Virus record (IMG/VR): IMGVR_UViG_3300037424_002120
Coordinates: 1-64,000 of that record
DNA from: a virus
Direction: 5' to 3' (one strand)
Length of the DNA: 64,000 nucleotides
Below, piece after piece: positions 10,338 through 20,640 of the stretch. The stretch's first letter is position 1; every line of letters starts with the position of its first letter. The translations under genes were made by a program, and so were the position numbers. The notes below the pieces were generated by a model, which saw only the letters and a list, made by a program, of their open reading frames with translations, ran no database searches and was not told the origin of the DNA.

Positions 10338-10997
10338 TCATACCCAACTCACGCGTTTTGCTAAAAGCTTATTGGTAATTTGTTGTAACTGAGCGACATC
10401 ACCAGCAGCTTCACGATATTGATACCAGTAACCAACGAGTTCCAGCATTGGTTGCATTAGATCCTGTGGTATCGAATAAGATTGCACAAAGTCATAACCT
10501 GCATAATAGGTAAATTTCCAGAAATTGGCAGTTACAGGTACTTGAAAGTAAAACCGTGCTGGCTCCGATGTATCGTCAAGCCAAGTTGCAGGCGGTGTGA
10601 TGGTGAAATTTGTCCAGGTATCAAATGCCGTAATCTTCGTCTGTACAGTCATGGTTTGGGCAGACTGTACAGGAGGCATAGGCAGATCAAAATAGAATGG
10701 GGCCGGACCGAAGGGGTTTGCACCCAATTGCTCATTGAAAATGTACCAATTCGGCCCAGGCTCAATAGGTCCGCTTAACACACCCCCAGTTGGCCGCTCA
10801 ATCGTTTCAACAACTTGGATTTGCTGAGTAGCCATGGCACGGCCTGTGATTGTTTCCGCCTCTGATCGTGCACGGGAAATGAGGGACGCAATGGTCAGGT
10901 TATCGTCGTCAAAGTCGACACGCAAATACGCTTTAGCAGCAGAGAGTGTGATCGGCTCTATTGAGACCGGAGTAATGACCTTCCATTTTGTGCTCAT
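10338..10997 (-). CDS. Head-tail adaptor (HK97 gp6-like)
   Basis: EPITLSAAKAYLRVDFDDD...AETITGR...YYAGY...LVGYWYQYRE motif. Confidence 0.9.
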   Translation of the reverse strand: MSTKWKVITPVSIEPITLSAAKAYLRVDFDDDNLTIASLISRARSEAETITGRAMATQQIQVVETIERPTGGVLSGPIEPGPNWYIFNEQLGANPFGPAPFYFDLPMPPVQSAQTMTVQTKITAFDTWTNFTITPPATWLDDTSEPARFYFQVPVTANFWKFTYYAGYDFVQSYSIPQDLMQPMLELVGYWYQYREAAGDVAQLQQITNKLLAKRVSWV

Positions 10998-11009
10998 TTC
11001 AACACGTCC

Positions 11010-11449
11010 CTATACTCTGCTTGGCGAAAAACGAGGACGACCAGTGAAACCTACTGCGTTGAATAACACACTTGCTGAAGAAGAAGTAGACAGAAGCCTG
11101 ATATAACGTTTAGCTCCTGTATATCCAACTGTCCAGTTGATAGCTGTCCCTGCACTTGTAATAGCTGTTGGTTGCGCGTTACCGACTTTTACAGGAGTAT
11201 GATCAGTTGGGCTTGTTGCACTCCATGCAATCAGATCTGCATTAGCAGCGGTGGTTGCAGTAGAAGCATCATCACTGTCCTGAATGACTGGAGTGAGAGT
11301 GCCACTGGTGTAAGTGCCACACTCGAAATGGATTGATCCGCCGTCAAAGCCAGACAGATCAATCCATGGCCCCGTCTGGGTCGTTGTAATCGCAGGAGGC
11401 GCGGTCAACTGAGAGTAGAATGATCCAATCTGTGTTACGTCTCTTCCCA
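11010..11449 (-). CDS. Head-associated hypothetical protein
   Basis: Directly downstream of the capsid gene; IDLSGFD...IQDSDD...GYTGAKRYIR pattern; ATG at 11449 follows AAAAGGA. Confidence 0.6.
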
Positions 11450-11521
11450 TGTCACTTATCCTTTTGCAGGATGTCTGATACATCCTGCATTGCTATTGTT
11501 TGTTAATGAAATCTACACTAA

Positions 11522-12847
11522 TCAACTAGTAGCGATCTTCAATACCCGCATCGCCTCTGGAATTAGTAGGTCCGCCCCAACGCGTTGACGAGCGATAAAG
11601 CCGATCATGCCAGAAGCTGCATAAAGCTCATTAAGTTGCTGCATGCTCATCATCACGCGATCAACAATCATGTAGTTTTTGAAGTCACCTACGATGATTG
11701 GATAGGCGTTTGCAGCAATTTCAGGCATATCAGGCACTTCAAGGTATGGCCTGTCATAGATGGTGCTTGGGAGGTTGCTGCCAGCAAACGGCTGCCACAA
11801 TGGGCGGTTCTGAGAGTCCTTCAATAGTCGAATTGAGTTGAGCGAGGCGCGTGTCATAATCCAAGTCGCATTAGGAGCATAGTCAGCTTTCAAGTCCATG
11901 AGTACATTCAATATGCAGTCTGCTGTGATGGTTGAGGCATTCCCAGATGGCATATACGCGATGGCATCGGTAACGTTATTCTTTCCAGCAGAGCCACCTG
12001 CGTAGCTAGCAGATGACTTAATAGGATAACTCAGGATACCGCGTGGCTTTCCGTTACCATCACCGGAGACAAAAGCCAAGCCTTCAGTTTTTGCGAATTG
12101 GAGGGTAAGACGCTCCTTTATGAAGCTTTCGAGATTGAATTGTGAGTCCTCAATGTTTTGCTGAGAGAGAAGTAAGAGGCCACGCATCTCGTGAACTGGG
12201 ATAGTGATCATACCAACAGTCGGCGTATTCGAATTGGCAAAAGACGCTTGCTCAGTGGACCAATAGGCTGTAGTGTCGGCGGCCAGGGCTGGTATCTGGA
12301 TCTTTTCTGCACTGGTTGTCTGCACACGGCAAATGCCACGCAATTTTGAGATCAAGAGCTTGTACGACTGTAACTCCTCCAAAAAGTCAGTAGAGGCAAA
12401 GAAACCACCTGTAGTAGCATCACCTGCATAGAGTGCCTTACGCTCCGCTGGCATATAGGCTTGCAGGATGTGCTCTTTCTCCTCACGAGTCATCAAGTCA
12501 AACTTGCCAGCACTTCTAATAGCTTTGATAAATGAATTGTGATGAGCGCTCCATTCTTTCTTACCATCTTTGCTCAGCAAAGGGGGACGCTGATTCGATA
12601 GACGATATTCATCGAGAGATGCGGTTGCCGACTTAAGCTCATTACTCTGAGTTGTGATAAGGTTCTCCAGATCAGAGATGCGGTTACCGATCTTGTCCAT
12701 GTTCTCTTTGTATTCGGCGGGCATCTGGCCTGTTTTGGAGATCAGCTCCTCACCCAGCTTCTTTTGCTCTTTGTCGAGAACATCCACGCGACCTTTCAAA
12801 TCGTGATGAAGTGTTTTAACCTCATTGAGAATATCCGTTACTGCCAT
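11522..12847 (-). CDS. Major capsid protein (HK97 fold) with N-terminal coiled-coil scaffold
   Basis: GGF...F.SGDGNGKPRGIL, LKDSQNRPLW, IIVGDFKNY and R.G motifs. Confidence 0.95.
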   Translation of the reverse strand: MAVTDILNEVKTLHHDLKGRVDVLDKEQKKLGEELISKTGQMPAEYKENMDKIGNRISDLENLITTQSNELKSATASLDEYRLSNQRPPLLSKDGKKEWSAHHNSFIKAIRSAGKFDLMTREEKEHILQAYMPAERKALYAGDATTGGFFASTDFLEELQSYKLLISKLRGICRVQTTSAEKIQIPALAADTTAYWSTEQASFANSNTPTVGMITIPVHEMRGLLLLSQQNIEDSQFNLESFIKERLTLQFAKTEGLAFVSGDGNGKPRGILSYPIKSSASYAGGSAGKNNVTDAIAYMPSGNASTITADCILNVLMDLKADYAPNATWIMTRASLNSIRLLKDSQNRPLWQPFAGSNLPSTIYDRPYLEVPDMPEIAANAYPIIVGDFKNYMIVDRVMMSMQQLNELYAASGMIGFIARQRVGADLLIPEAMRVLKIATS

Positions 12848-12895
12848 CTGTTTTACATCCTTATGTGTATTTGTACGTACGTTATGTCATTGTAA

Positions 12896-14113
12896 TTAGC
12901 GCTTCATATCCTGAACCAATGACGCCAATGCTAGCTCAAGCTCTCTTTCGTCTTCATCCACAGTGCTTTTTTGCGAGTGTGTCTGGGAGCTACGTGCCTC
13001 TTGTGGAGACGAGGTAGCAGGATTGCTCTTGCCTTCCGGTTGTCCATCAGTAGGTTTGCCAGGATCATCACCTTCGTACGGCTTTTCAGCACCTTGCATA
13101 CCGGTTGCAAAATCATCCGCAGCTGTGCGCACCGCTTTTACATGAATTTGCATTGATTTAACAGCCTTGTCCGCGTCGTCGGCCATAGTGTTGAGGCTTT
13201 TTATATGATCATCAATCTTTTGTTGATTGGCCGATGATATTGGCTTACCCGCTTTCTGGTTAGGATCGCGATTACTGCTCATCCAACCATAGTTAGGCTG
13301 GCTATCACTCCCGTACTGCATGGTGTAATCAGCAGGTGAATAGCGGTAACCGCTATTTGAAATGTACTGAGCCAGATTGCATTCAATGGATTCAGCTACG
13401 AACTTAGTCATCACTAGCTGTTTCCATTCATCAATCGCCTGACTAATATCTTGCTCAGGCTGATCACCGTTTTTGAATGCATCAAGGACTGATTTAGTAA
13501 TCGTGCACAAAAACACGTCCCTCCAATCCTCCAGTAGGTCCTTGCACATTTCTTCTGCATAATGCTCTGTTACAGTTTTCTTTTGCATTACTGCTTGTTT
13601 GCCTTTCACGTCAGTTACTACTGCTTCTTCGTTGGCAGGAAAAGTAACTAAAGAACCTTCCCATAGCCGTATCTCCACTAAATCCCGTATCATCTTGCCA
13701 TCGATTTGTATATAATCAGATTTAATGGTGTCATAGCCTATTGATTGTTGAAATACATAGCCCTTTTTTAGTGCGCTATACGCCTCTTTGCCTTTTTGCA
13801 CATCAAGATCAAGCTCAAGCTCCACGAAAAGACCTATATTGTCTTCAGTAGCAGATAAATAACCGCCAATAGGGGTATTAGGATCATGTTGCCACAGCAA
13901 CGGCAAAATATAGCGCCTATTATTAGCTTTTTTGTATTCATACTTATTTTGCAGTGTTCTCTTAAATGCTCCAGGTCTTACACGATCTCCCTGATCATCG
14001 ATATTGTCAAAGGTGCTCAAATAGCCCTTTACAATACCTTTCTCATCATCAAAGTCCTTTAATTGAAATGGAAAAGTTTTTGTCTGTCTTGCGATGGTTG
14101 CCGTTTTACTCAT
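12896..14113 (-). CDS. HK97-type prohead protease with a long C-terminal extension
   Basis: GYLSTFDNIDDQGDRV.PGAF, LLWQHD, SIGY, EGSLVTFPAN. Confidence 0.92.
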   Translation of the reverse strand: MSKTATIARQTKTFPFQLKDFDDEKGIVKGYLSTFDNIDDQGDRVRPGAFKRTLQNKYEYKKANNRRYILPLLWQHDPNTPIGGYLSATEDNIGLFVELELDLDVQKGKEAYSALKKGYVFQQSIGYDTIKSDYIQIDGKMIRDLVEIRLWEGSLVTFPANEEAVVTDVKGKQAVMQKKTVTEHYAEEMCKDLLEDWRDVFLCTITKSVLDAFKNGDQPEQDISQAIDEWKQLVMTKFVAESIECNLAQYISNSGYRYSPADYTMQYGSDSQPNYGWMSSNRDPNQKAGKPISSANQQKIDDHIKSLNTMADDADKAVKSMQIHVKAVRTAADDFATGMQGAEKPYEGDDPGKPTDGQPEGKSNPATSSPQEARSSQTHSQKSTVDEDERELELALASLVQDMKR

Positions 14114-16407
14114 ACCAGTACTACCTCCATAAATTCCCTGTATTGCTGTCTTCGTAATTTATTGACCTTCTCGTCATCATGGCTACGATCTGTTATTTTT
14201 GAGCGCCTCATGTACATGCTGCAACGACACTGTATAACGTTGCGAGCGGAACCAGAACTATCTCCAGGATAATCAAGTGCCTCACCATCTACAATAAACT
14301 GCTCATCGATACCAACTTGCTGTTCATCGGCTTCGGCATGTGCAGGACGAGTCTTGCGACCGTGCATTGATAACCACACCTTGTCCAGTGTCATGCCTGA
14401 TGCTTTACCAGCCTGCCAAGTTGCAAAAGAGCTTGCAGCATGTGTTTCTGTGCGAGCAATGACCACGCTACGATTAGGGATGATTTGATCGAGATAGAGG
14501 CCATCGATCCTTGTTGCAAGCTGAGCAATCGTTTCTTTGTTCTCGACACCTTCCGACAACTCATTTTTGACTTTTCCACGTGTTACATCAGAAATGTTTA
14601 CAATCTTTGTTCCTGCCATTGTTTGAAGATATTTTTGAGTGTTGCTGTTGATAATGTCGGCGGCGACCTTGCGTTCGCGTGGCCCTGGTGCTGCCTTGAG
14701 CTGCTTCAAGATGTCGTTGCCAACATCGCCTGCAATATCTTCATAGAGCGCAATGATAAGCGTCTTGAGATCACTAGATGCTTTTGTGATAGCGGCGTCT
14801 GCACGGTCCTCTGTTGAACTGGGTAGGGCCGCTTTGCTGATTGCCGCAACTACCGCTTGGCGTTCACCATCAAAATAGTCTTGGAGACGTTGCTCCGCCT
14901 CAGTCTGCCATTCGGCACGAGATGCCTCTACACTCTTCATGTAGGCTTGCTTCTCTTCAACAGTGTTGAGGTCAAGAGCTTTCACTGATCGTCTCTGAAC
15001 GCTCTTAGCAGGCTTGCTATCAGCATCATCAGGAGCATTGTCATTTGGATTATTTGCAGGAGGAGCATCATTCGGTTTTGGTTGCTTCTGTGGTGGTGCT
15101 TGGCTAGGTTGTTCTGGGTCCGGCAATATCGGCTCAGGTGCTAGCTTCGTGAGGCTCTGCTCAGCATATTTATCAAGCTCATCGGCACGCACTAGAACCG
15201 TACCCAGTCGAAAGACATCACCGCCTGGCGTTGTTGGTAACCCCGCCAACTCACGCGCCTCATTCAACGTGCATTCACCACTCATCCACATCTTTGTAGC
15301 ACGCTCAGAAATTGCATCTTTTTGCGCTTGTATCATCTCTTGGATGACTTCAACGCTCTCTTTGTCATAATAGAGATATGCTTTTTTAAGATCCTTGTAC
15401 ATCGGCAATAGCCATGTATTCCAGAGCGCATAGAGATCATCAAGCTCAGGGAATATTGCTTCAGTGTATGATGCAACCTTCGCTTGTTGCATGTTCTCAT
15501 AGGTAGTTGATGATGTATCGCCAATGAGTTGAGGAGAGATATTGTAGATGTTAGCAATAGCAGCAGCGTTGTATTGTATTCCTGCTAACCAATCCATCTG
15601 GGCAGGTTGTAATCCGATGGATGTCCAAGACAAGCCTGCATCGAGCACAGGAGCTTTACCAGCATTGCGAGAGCCTGTAAATTTTTGATTGAGTTTGTTT
15701 TCGAGAGTATTTCTGTCATTCGGAGAGAGTACCGTTGGTATTGTCCAAGCCCCTGCAGGCCGTGCCATATTCTGGAGTAGGGCAAGATTCCACTTTTTCG
15801 CGGCAATGCTCTGATCAGCAAAGATTGCCGCCGCTTCCAATGGACTCATACCAAACATGTCTTCAGAAATCGGATGCCAATATTTTGTGTGCCCTATCTC
15901 GGTAGGAGAAATGAGCATTGATCCAAGCGAATCATATTTATATCCGATAATGCCCCGTGGACTCTGGAGTACGATCTTTGTTTGGTCAGGTCGGAGTGTC
16001 CACATCTCGTTCGGTGGCTGGTTAGAATTAGTTCGGAGTACGTACTGAAATGCATTGCCCGATAGCAACTTATAGCTGATCAATGCCTCACGATAGGCAA
16101 CCCCACTTTGCTCATTATTCGGCTTTTTAAGTAAATCGAGAACAGGATGAGAGTCTATGGTCTTTTCCATTGTTTCATCTTTATATAATATTGGCTGTAT
16201 TGCTGATCCATTGCGTGCAATATATGATATGCATTTATAAATTGTATCGTTATCTTGATAGCCTTCACGTGCAAAGTTGCGGTAATTCTTCTCCATACGC
16301 TTCTCTTGTGGCGTGTTGTAGATGTATGGAGTGCCTGAATATGTAGGATTAAATTTCTCTTCTTTGGGAGAAGAGAATGCTGAGGCGATACGAGAGAATA
16401 TACCCAT
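14110..16407 (-). CDS. Portal protein fused to a MuF-like minor head domain
   Basis: N-terminal HK97 portal (LLSGNAF, GMSPL, TLNEARE), Pro/Asn/Asp linker, then IARTET...KVW...TRPAH..AD...YPGD...IQCRC. Confidence 0.9.
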   Translation of the reverse strand: MGIFSRIASAFSSPKEEKFNPTYSGTPYIYNTPQEKRMEKNYRNFAREGYQDNDTIYKCISYIARNGSAIQPILYKDETMEKTIDSHPVLDLLKKPNNEQSGVAYREALISYKLLSGNAFQYVLRTNSNQPPNEMWTLRPDQTKIVLQSPRGIIGYKYDSLGSMLISPTEIGHTKYWHPISEDMFGMSPLEAAAIFADQSIAAKKWNLALLQNMARPAGAWTIPTVLSPNDRNTLENKLNQKFTGSRNAGKAPVLDAGLSWTSIGLQPAQMDWLAGIQYNAAAIANIYNISPQLIGDTSSTTYENMQQAKVASYTEAIFPELDDLYALWNTWLLPMYKDLKKAYLYYDKESVEVIQEMIQAQKDAISERATKMWMSGECTLNEARELAGLPTTPGGDVFRLGTVLVRADELDKYAEQSLTKLAPEPILPDPEQPSQAPPQKQPKPNDAPPANNPNDNAPDDADSKPAKSVQRRSVKALDLNTVEEKQAYMKSVEASRAEWQTEAEQRLQDYFDGERQAVVAAISKAALPSSTEDRADAAITKASSDLKTLIIALYEDIAGDVGNDILKQLKAAPGPRERKVAADIINSNTQKYLQTMAGTKIVNISDVTRGKVKNELSEGVENKETIAQLATRIDGLYLDQIIPNRSVVIARTETHAASSFATWQAGKASGMTLDKVWLSMHGRKTRPAHAEADEQQVGIDEQFIVDGEALDYPGDSSGSARNVIQCRCSMYMRRSKITDRSHDDEKVNKLRRQQYREFMEVVLV

Positions 16408-18047
16408 CAGTCGTCCCCCCATCCATGCTGACTAGCCCAAGCAAACGGGTCATTGTGTGTCGGAACGGTGATTTGTATAGAATCTGACGCCTCTTCCTCG
16501 TCTGTCTCGTCACCAGAAAGTGGAACAGCCGATGAGACAGCTTCATCAGCCGCCATGGACACCACATCTACAATATCATCATGAGCAGCTCTTGGGAAAT
16601 GCAGCAATTCAGTTTCTACATCATTGAGCCATGATGCATTCTTACGAAAATAGAATTTACTATTTTCCATCCATATAGAGGCAGTAGAAGCGCGTGATAC
16701 TTTATCATGGATAGGATGGTACTCTCGACATGGAATACCTTCTGCTAGTGATTGTTGGATGAGCGCAAGCTGATAACCAGTGCGTTCAATTTTGAAATAG
16801 ACTCTGGGATATTGCTGATAAAGTAACCGGATCTGCTTCAGTTGGTCGAGATTACTCATGTGTGCGTGGACAAGATCAAAAAGAATGAGGTCATGCTCTG
16901 GAGTCATTGCCCAAAGCGCAAATACGGTATAATCAGCGCTTTGTTTACTACTAATTGCTAGATCAACTGTTGCAAACTCGTTGCATTGTGACTTGAGGAT
17001 GGAGCGTGTGCCACCGTCTGTTTCCAAAATATATGCCTGATCGGTTTCAGCAAAGTATCGGAACCATTCACGCTTGAACTGGCTACCTCCGCTTGGCACA
17101 GGAGATTGCTGATATTGTGCAGAAAAACCAATACTACCCAGATCTCGCTTATAGCGTGCAAGAGTCTCCAGGCTAAAACGTTCGGGCCACAGTAATTCCC
17201 CCTCTTCTTTGCGAGGATCTTCCCAACCGATAGAAGTAAAACATTTTCGATGAGGTTCGTACTCAGCAGGTAAGTTGAGACATATCCAGTCAGGACGTTC
17301 TTTCTTTATAATTCCGCTAACATCTTCCTCATGTATTCTCTGCCCCACCACAAGCATTTTATCCTTATTAGCATCGTTCATGCGATTTGACCATGTTTCA
17401 CGGAACCATGTCGTAGCTGTTTCTCTCTCTACATCGCTATGCGCTTCATCAGCGGCGTGCACATCATCGATTATCAATACACTTCCACCGTGTCCTGTTG
17501 CACTTGAAGCAACAGATGTAGCCATTTGGTATCCTAGCTTGTTATTCATAAATAAGCGTTTTGCGTTTTGCTCTTTACTCAAACTAAAGTCACTCTCTCT
17601 CGTGAATTCCAGTGCATGAGTATCGGTAGTCAGATTGAAATCTTGTCCGTAGCGTTCCTGGAACCATTGAGAGTCAATGAGGTTGCGTTTCTTGAGGTTA
17701 TCTCTGGTAGATAAATCTAAGCTGTATGAAGCAGACAAGAACCGCTCTGCAGGATTTTGCAACCATCCCCATACAGGCCATAACACACTGCATATCGTGC
17801 TCTTGGAATGTCTTGGAGGTATATTGATCAAGAGAAATCGTATTTGCCCGACTGACAACGCGGTTAAATGCTCACATATAGCGTTAATACACCATCCATC
17901 TACAAATGGAGCAGGATCAACAAACCGCCATGCATTGACAACGAATTGCTTTAGAGAGCGTCGCATCTCTTCAGCTTCTACAGTGCGGAGCAGGAGGTCG
18001 GCAATGGATTGACTTTGTACAGGAGGCGATGCAACTTTTGATCTCAC
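16407..18047 (-). CDS. terL: Terminase large subunit
   Basis: INIPPRHSKS Walker A, LIIDD Walker B, VDLA...DYT and FP...HDDIVD nuclease motifs. Confidence 0.95.
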   Translation of the reverse strand: MRSKVASPPVQSQSIADLLLRTVEAEEMRRSLKQFVVNAWRFVDPAPFVDGWCINAICEHLTALSVGQIRFLLINIPPRHSKSTICSVLWPVWGWLQNPAERFLSASYSLDLSTRDNLKKRNLIDSQWFQERYGQDFNLTTDTHALEFTRESDFSLSKEQNAKRLFMNNKLGYQMATSVASSATGHGGSVLIIDDVHAADEAHSDVERETATTWFRETWSNRMNDANKDKMLVVGQRIHEEDVSGIIKKERPDWICLNLPAEYEPHRKCFTSIGWEDPRKEEGELLWPERFSLETLARYKRDLGSIGFSAQYQQSPVPSGGSQFKREWFRYFAETDQAYILETDGGTRSILKSQCNEFATVDLAISSKQSADYTVFALWAMTPEHDLILFDLVHAHMSNLDQLKQIRLLYQQYPRVYFKIERTGYQLALIQQSLAEGIPCREYHPIHDKVSRASTASIWMENSKFYFRKNASWLNDVETELLHFPRAAHDDIVDVVSMAADEAVSSAVPLSGDETDEEEASDSIQITVPTHNDPFAWASQHGWGDD

Positions 18048-18595
18048 TGCTGGCCTCCTTTCATATCTAGCGCCAACGCTTTAAGTTTCGCTAACTGATC
18101 GGAAGAAAGAGCACGAGTATCAATGCTAATAAGATTTGTAGAATTGATTTGGCCGTTCACCGTTGCATTAAGATCTACGCTTTGTTTATCTCTAAATTCT
18201 GGCATTCTAGCCTTGGCTAACAATGAAAGCAGGGAGTCACTATATACGCGTTCTGTTAATGGTTTACCATCTTGCCCATAAACAACTTTTCCAACGCTAA
18301 CTACAGGCTTTTCGTATCCTTGCACAGCACGTCTGAACAATTCAGCTCGTATAACATCATTTGCTTCTTTTTCTGCAATATTAAATCTTAAAGAAAAACT
18401 TGGATCATGTTCTTGCCAATAATACACTAAAGATCTCTCAATACCTGCCTGCATACATGCTGCTCTCACATTGGCAGTCATTGAAAAAGATTTAAGGAAC
18501 TTCTCTTGTACTACTGATCTTTCCTCTTTTGTGAGTCTTTGTCCTTGTCGTCTTTTTTGCGTGTGTAATGTATAAGTGTTTAAGTCTTCAGGCAT
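18044..18595 (-). CDS. terS: Terminase small subunit
   Basis: N-terminal HTH, ELFRRAVQG...YSDSLL...ARMPEFRD pattern, overlaps the terL start. Confidence 0.8.
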   Translation of the reverse strand: MPEDLNTYTLHTQKRRQGQRLTKEERSVVQEKFLKSFSMTANVRAACMQAGIERSLVYYWQEHDPSFSLRFNIAEKEANDVIRAELFRRAVQGYEKPVVSVGKVVYGQDGKPLTERVYSDSLLSLLAKARMPEFRDKQSVDLNATVNGQINSTNLISIDTRALSSDQLAKLKALALDMKGGQQ

Positions 18596-18756
18596 ACGCC
18601 ACCTCCTCTACAGACTCTAGAAGAGGCGGTTTTGCAATTATTCGGTTATATACCATGAGCTTCTTGATCATTATTGACTCTATTGACAAACAAAAAGGGC
18701 GTTGCTCTCGTGATGAGAAACAACGCCCGTGTGAAACACAATCTGAGCTGTTACTG

Positions 18757-18966
18757 TTATTTTGTTGTTCTTGTTCTTATTCTTGATCGTCCAGAGACTT
18801 TGTGTGAATACATGTCTCTATAGGTGATTGGGTGACCGTCTTGGAATATAATTTCAAGAGAGCCGTGTCCTCCGATGGATTTGAAGTATTGTGATTTCTC
18901 TTCAAGCCACTGGGACAACTCAGATGGTAGGGTGCCATCATGATCAGCATCAATTGAAACACTCAT
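18757..18966 (-). CDS. Small hypothetical protein
   Basis: 69-aa ORF with GHGSLEIIFQDG; followed by an inverted repeat and T-tract near 18695-18730. Confidence 0.5.
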   Translation of the reverse strand: MSVSIDADHDGTLPSELSQWLEEKSQYFKSIGGHGSLEIIFQDGHPITYRDMYSHKVSGRSRIRTRTTK

Positions 18967-19122
18967 AAATTTAGCACCTAATACTTTGTTCTATACTAAC
19001 TGTAACACATACGCACAAACTATGCAAGGGGGTGTCGAGACATTCAAGCTCAAACTGTCTATTCAACGCCTCAGTGACAATCAATGGCACTTTGCGAGAA
19101 TGTGCAATCACCCATTGATCGA

Positions 19123-19233
19123 TTGCGATGGCACTTGTTGACCGTCTGAGCGATGCATTATTAGCGGTGGGATGCTCCTGCAACTATTCTCTCGATCCGA
19201 CTCCCACTTGCACCGGATAAAGCACCATCACAA
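19123..19233 (-). ncRNA. Putative structured RNA domain with a possible pseudoknot
   Basis: 14-bp closing helix UUGUGAUGGUGCUU/AAGUGCCAUCGCAA whose G-U pairs favour the minus strand; inner AUCCGG/UCGGAU hairpin whose loop GUGGGA can pair with downstream UCCCAC. Confidence 0.45.
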
Positions 19234-19241
19234 GAGCTTTA

Positions 19242-19309
19242 GGCCGCAACGGTGGGATTCGAACCCACGTCTCTCGTCTAGAGCGGATTACCACTTTCCT
19301 ACGTGCTGC
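19242..19309 (-). tRNA. Degenerate tRNA or tRNA-like element
   Basis: Perfect T arm GUGGG-UUCGAAU-CCCAC and D-arm-like GGA-AAGUGGUAA-UCC; bulged acceptor stem, only a 3-bp anticodon stem, no CCA. Confidence 0.55.
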
Positions 19310-19440
19310 AAATTGCTGAATTGGAGCGGACAATCAAAGTACTCTGTCATTTCATCGTCCGCTCCGATCAGGAAGATCTTTGGTGTTGTTCGTCTGCCTC
19401 TGATAGACAAACACGAATAGCGCAGTTGCTACTCAAGAGA

Positions 19441-19469
19441 ATAGTAGCATGTCCGTACCAATTTGTAAA
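19441..19469 (-). promoter_or_regulatory. Sigma70-type promoter for the ncRNA cluster
   Basis: TTTACA-17-TACTAT with a TG extension. Confidence 0.6.
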
Positions 19470-20640
19470 GCAGTCCTGACATGCTGTTGTTATGCACTTA
19501 ATTCATGAAATGCAGCAATGAAATATGAAAAATACATTCTTGTGGTGAATGTTTAATAAATGGTTGTTAGGATGACAGTATCTTCAAAATTTGCTAGCAA
19601 AGCCTCAAATTTTGCGTCTACCATACAAGTTGCTTGTCCTTATAAGTTTAATAACGTGCAATAGAGACTTAACATGGTTAGACAGGTTTTCTAATTGCAA
19701 CTAACGATAATTTCTTGTGATTAGGCCTAAATTTAAGCTCAAATTCTAACAATTTGATAATTCTTCTCAAAAAGAGGCGAGAATTATTGCTGTCGGGATG
19801 ACTGCATAAAAAAGAGGATAGATAAACACACAAGCTAATATGCTTATCTATCCTCTTGCAGATTATATAACTGCTTATTGAATATCATTCCTAAATTGCA
19901 TACGTGGAAGTCCGTCAGGCAGTTTACCGTTAAAGTAGACAGGTAAGATCACTGGGACATAGAACAGATCCCAGAAGTTACTGCAATCACCTGCATATAG
20001 ATTTTTGTAATGTGCAACGTTGTGTACCTCGCCTGTTATTGAGTCTACAACGTGACCTACATCAATGGTGTTCTTTTTGTTGTAAACATGCTCAGGTACG
20101 ATCAAACAATCTTTGAGTTGTCCTGAGCGATCTCCTCTCAACCAACGAGGGAAAAACTTTCCATAACTAATATCAATCTTAGCACGTTCGTTAGGTTTCA
20201 TACCACCAAGATTGATATAGATTAGCTTCGTTAGCACGAATGCAGAAATTGAATAATACCCAGGTTTGATCTCCTTTGCGTTAATTAATCTGAGCTGCTC
20301 CGCTTCCTCTGTCCAAGGATAGATTCTCACTTGCTCTTGCTGAGACTGTTTTGCCTCTTGTACTTCAAAGTAGAAGTCTACGAGATCTTCGTAGAACTCC
20401 CACGCCTTTTGTGTTGTAATCGATTTTGCATGCAATGCAGCTCCTCGCTTTGTCCATAGATAGAGAGTTTTTGCATGTTTCGCACCATCCTCAAAATGAA
20501 GACGGTTCAAAAAGTCCGCTTTTTCCTTGCCTTCGAGAGCAAAGTAGTGTTTCCCTGCTACAAAGTGCTCTTTATTGCGAATATAATTCTGGGAGACAAT
20601 TTTCTCGGTTGTCTCGTAAGCTTCTGCAATTTGTCCAGTG

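Noticed and set aside
2351-17619. Many short plus-strand ORFs across the virion module
   Set aside because: Antisense to well-supported structural genes
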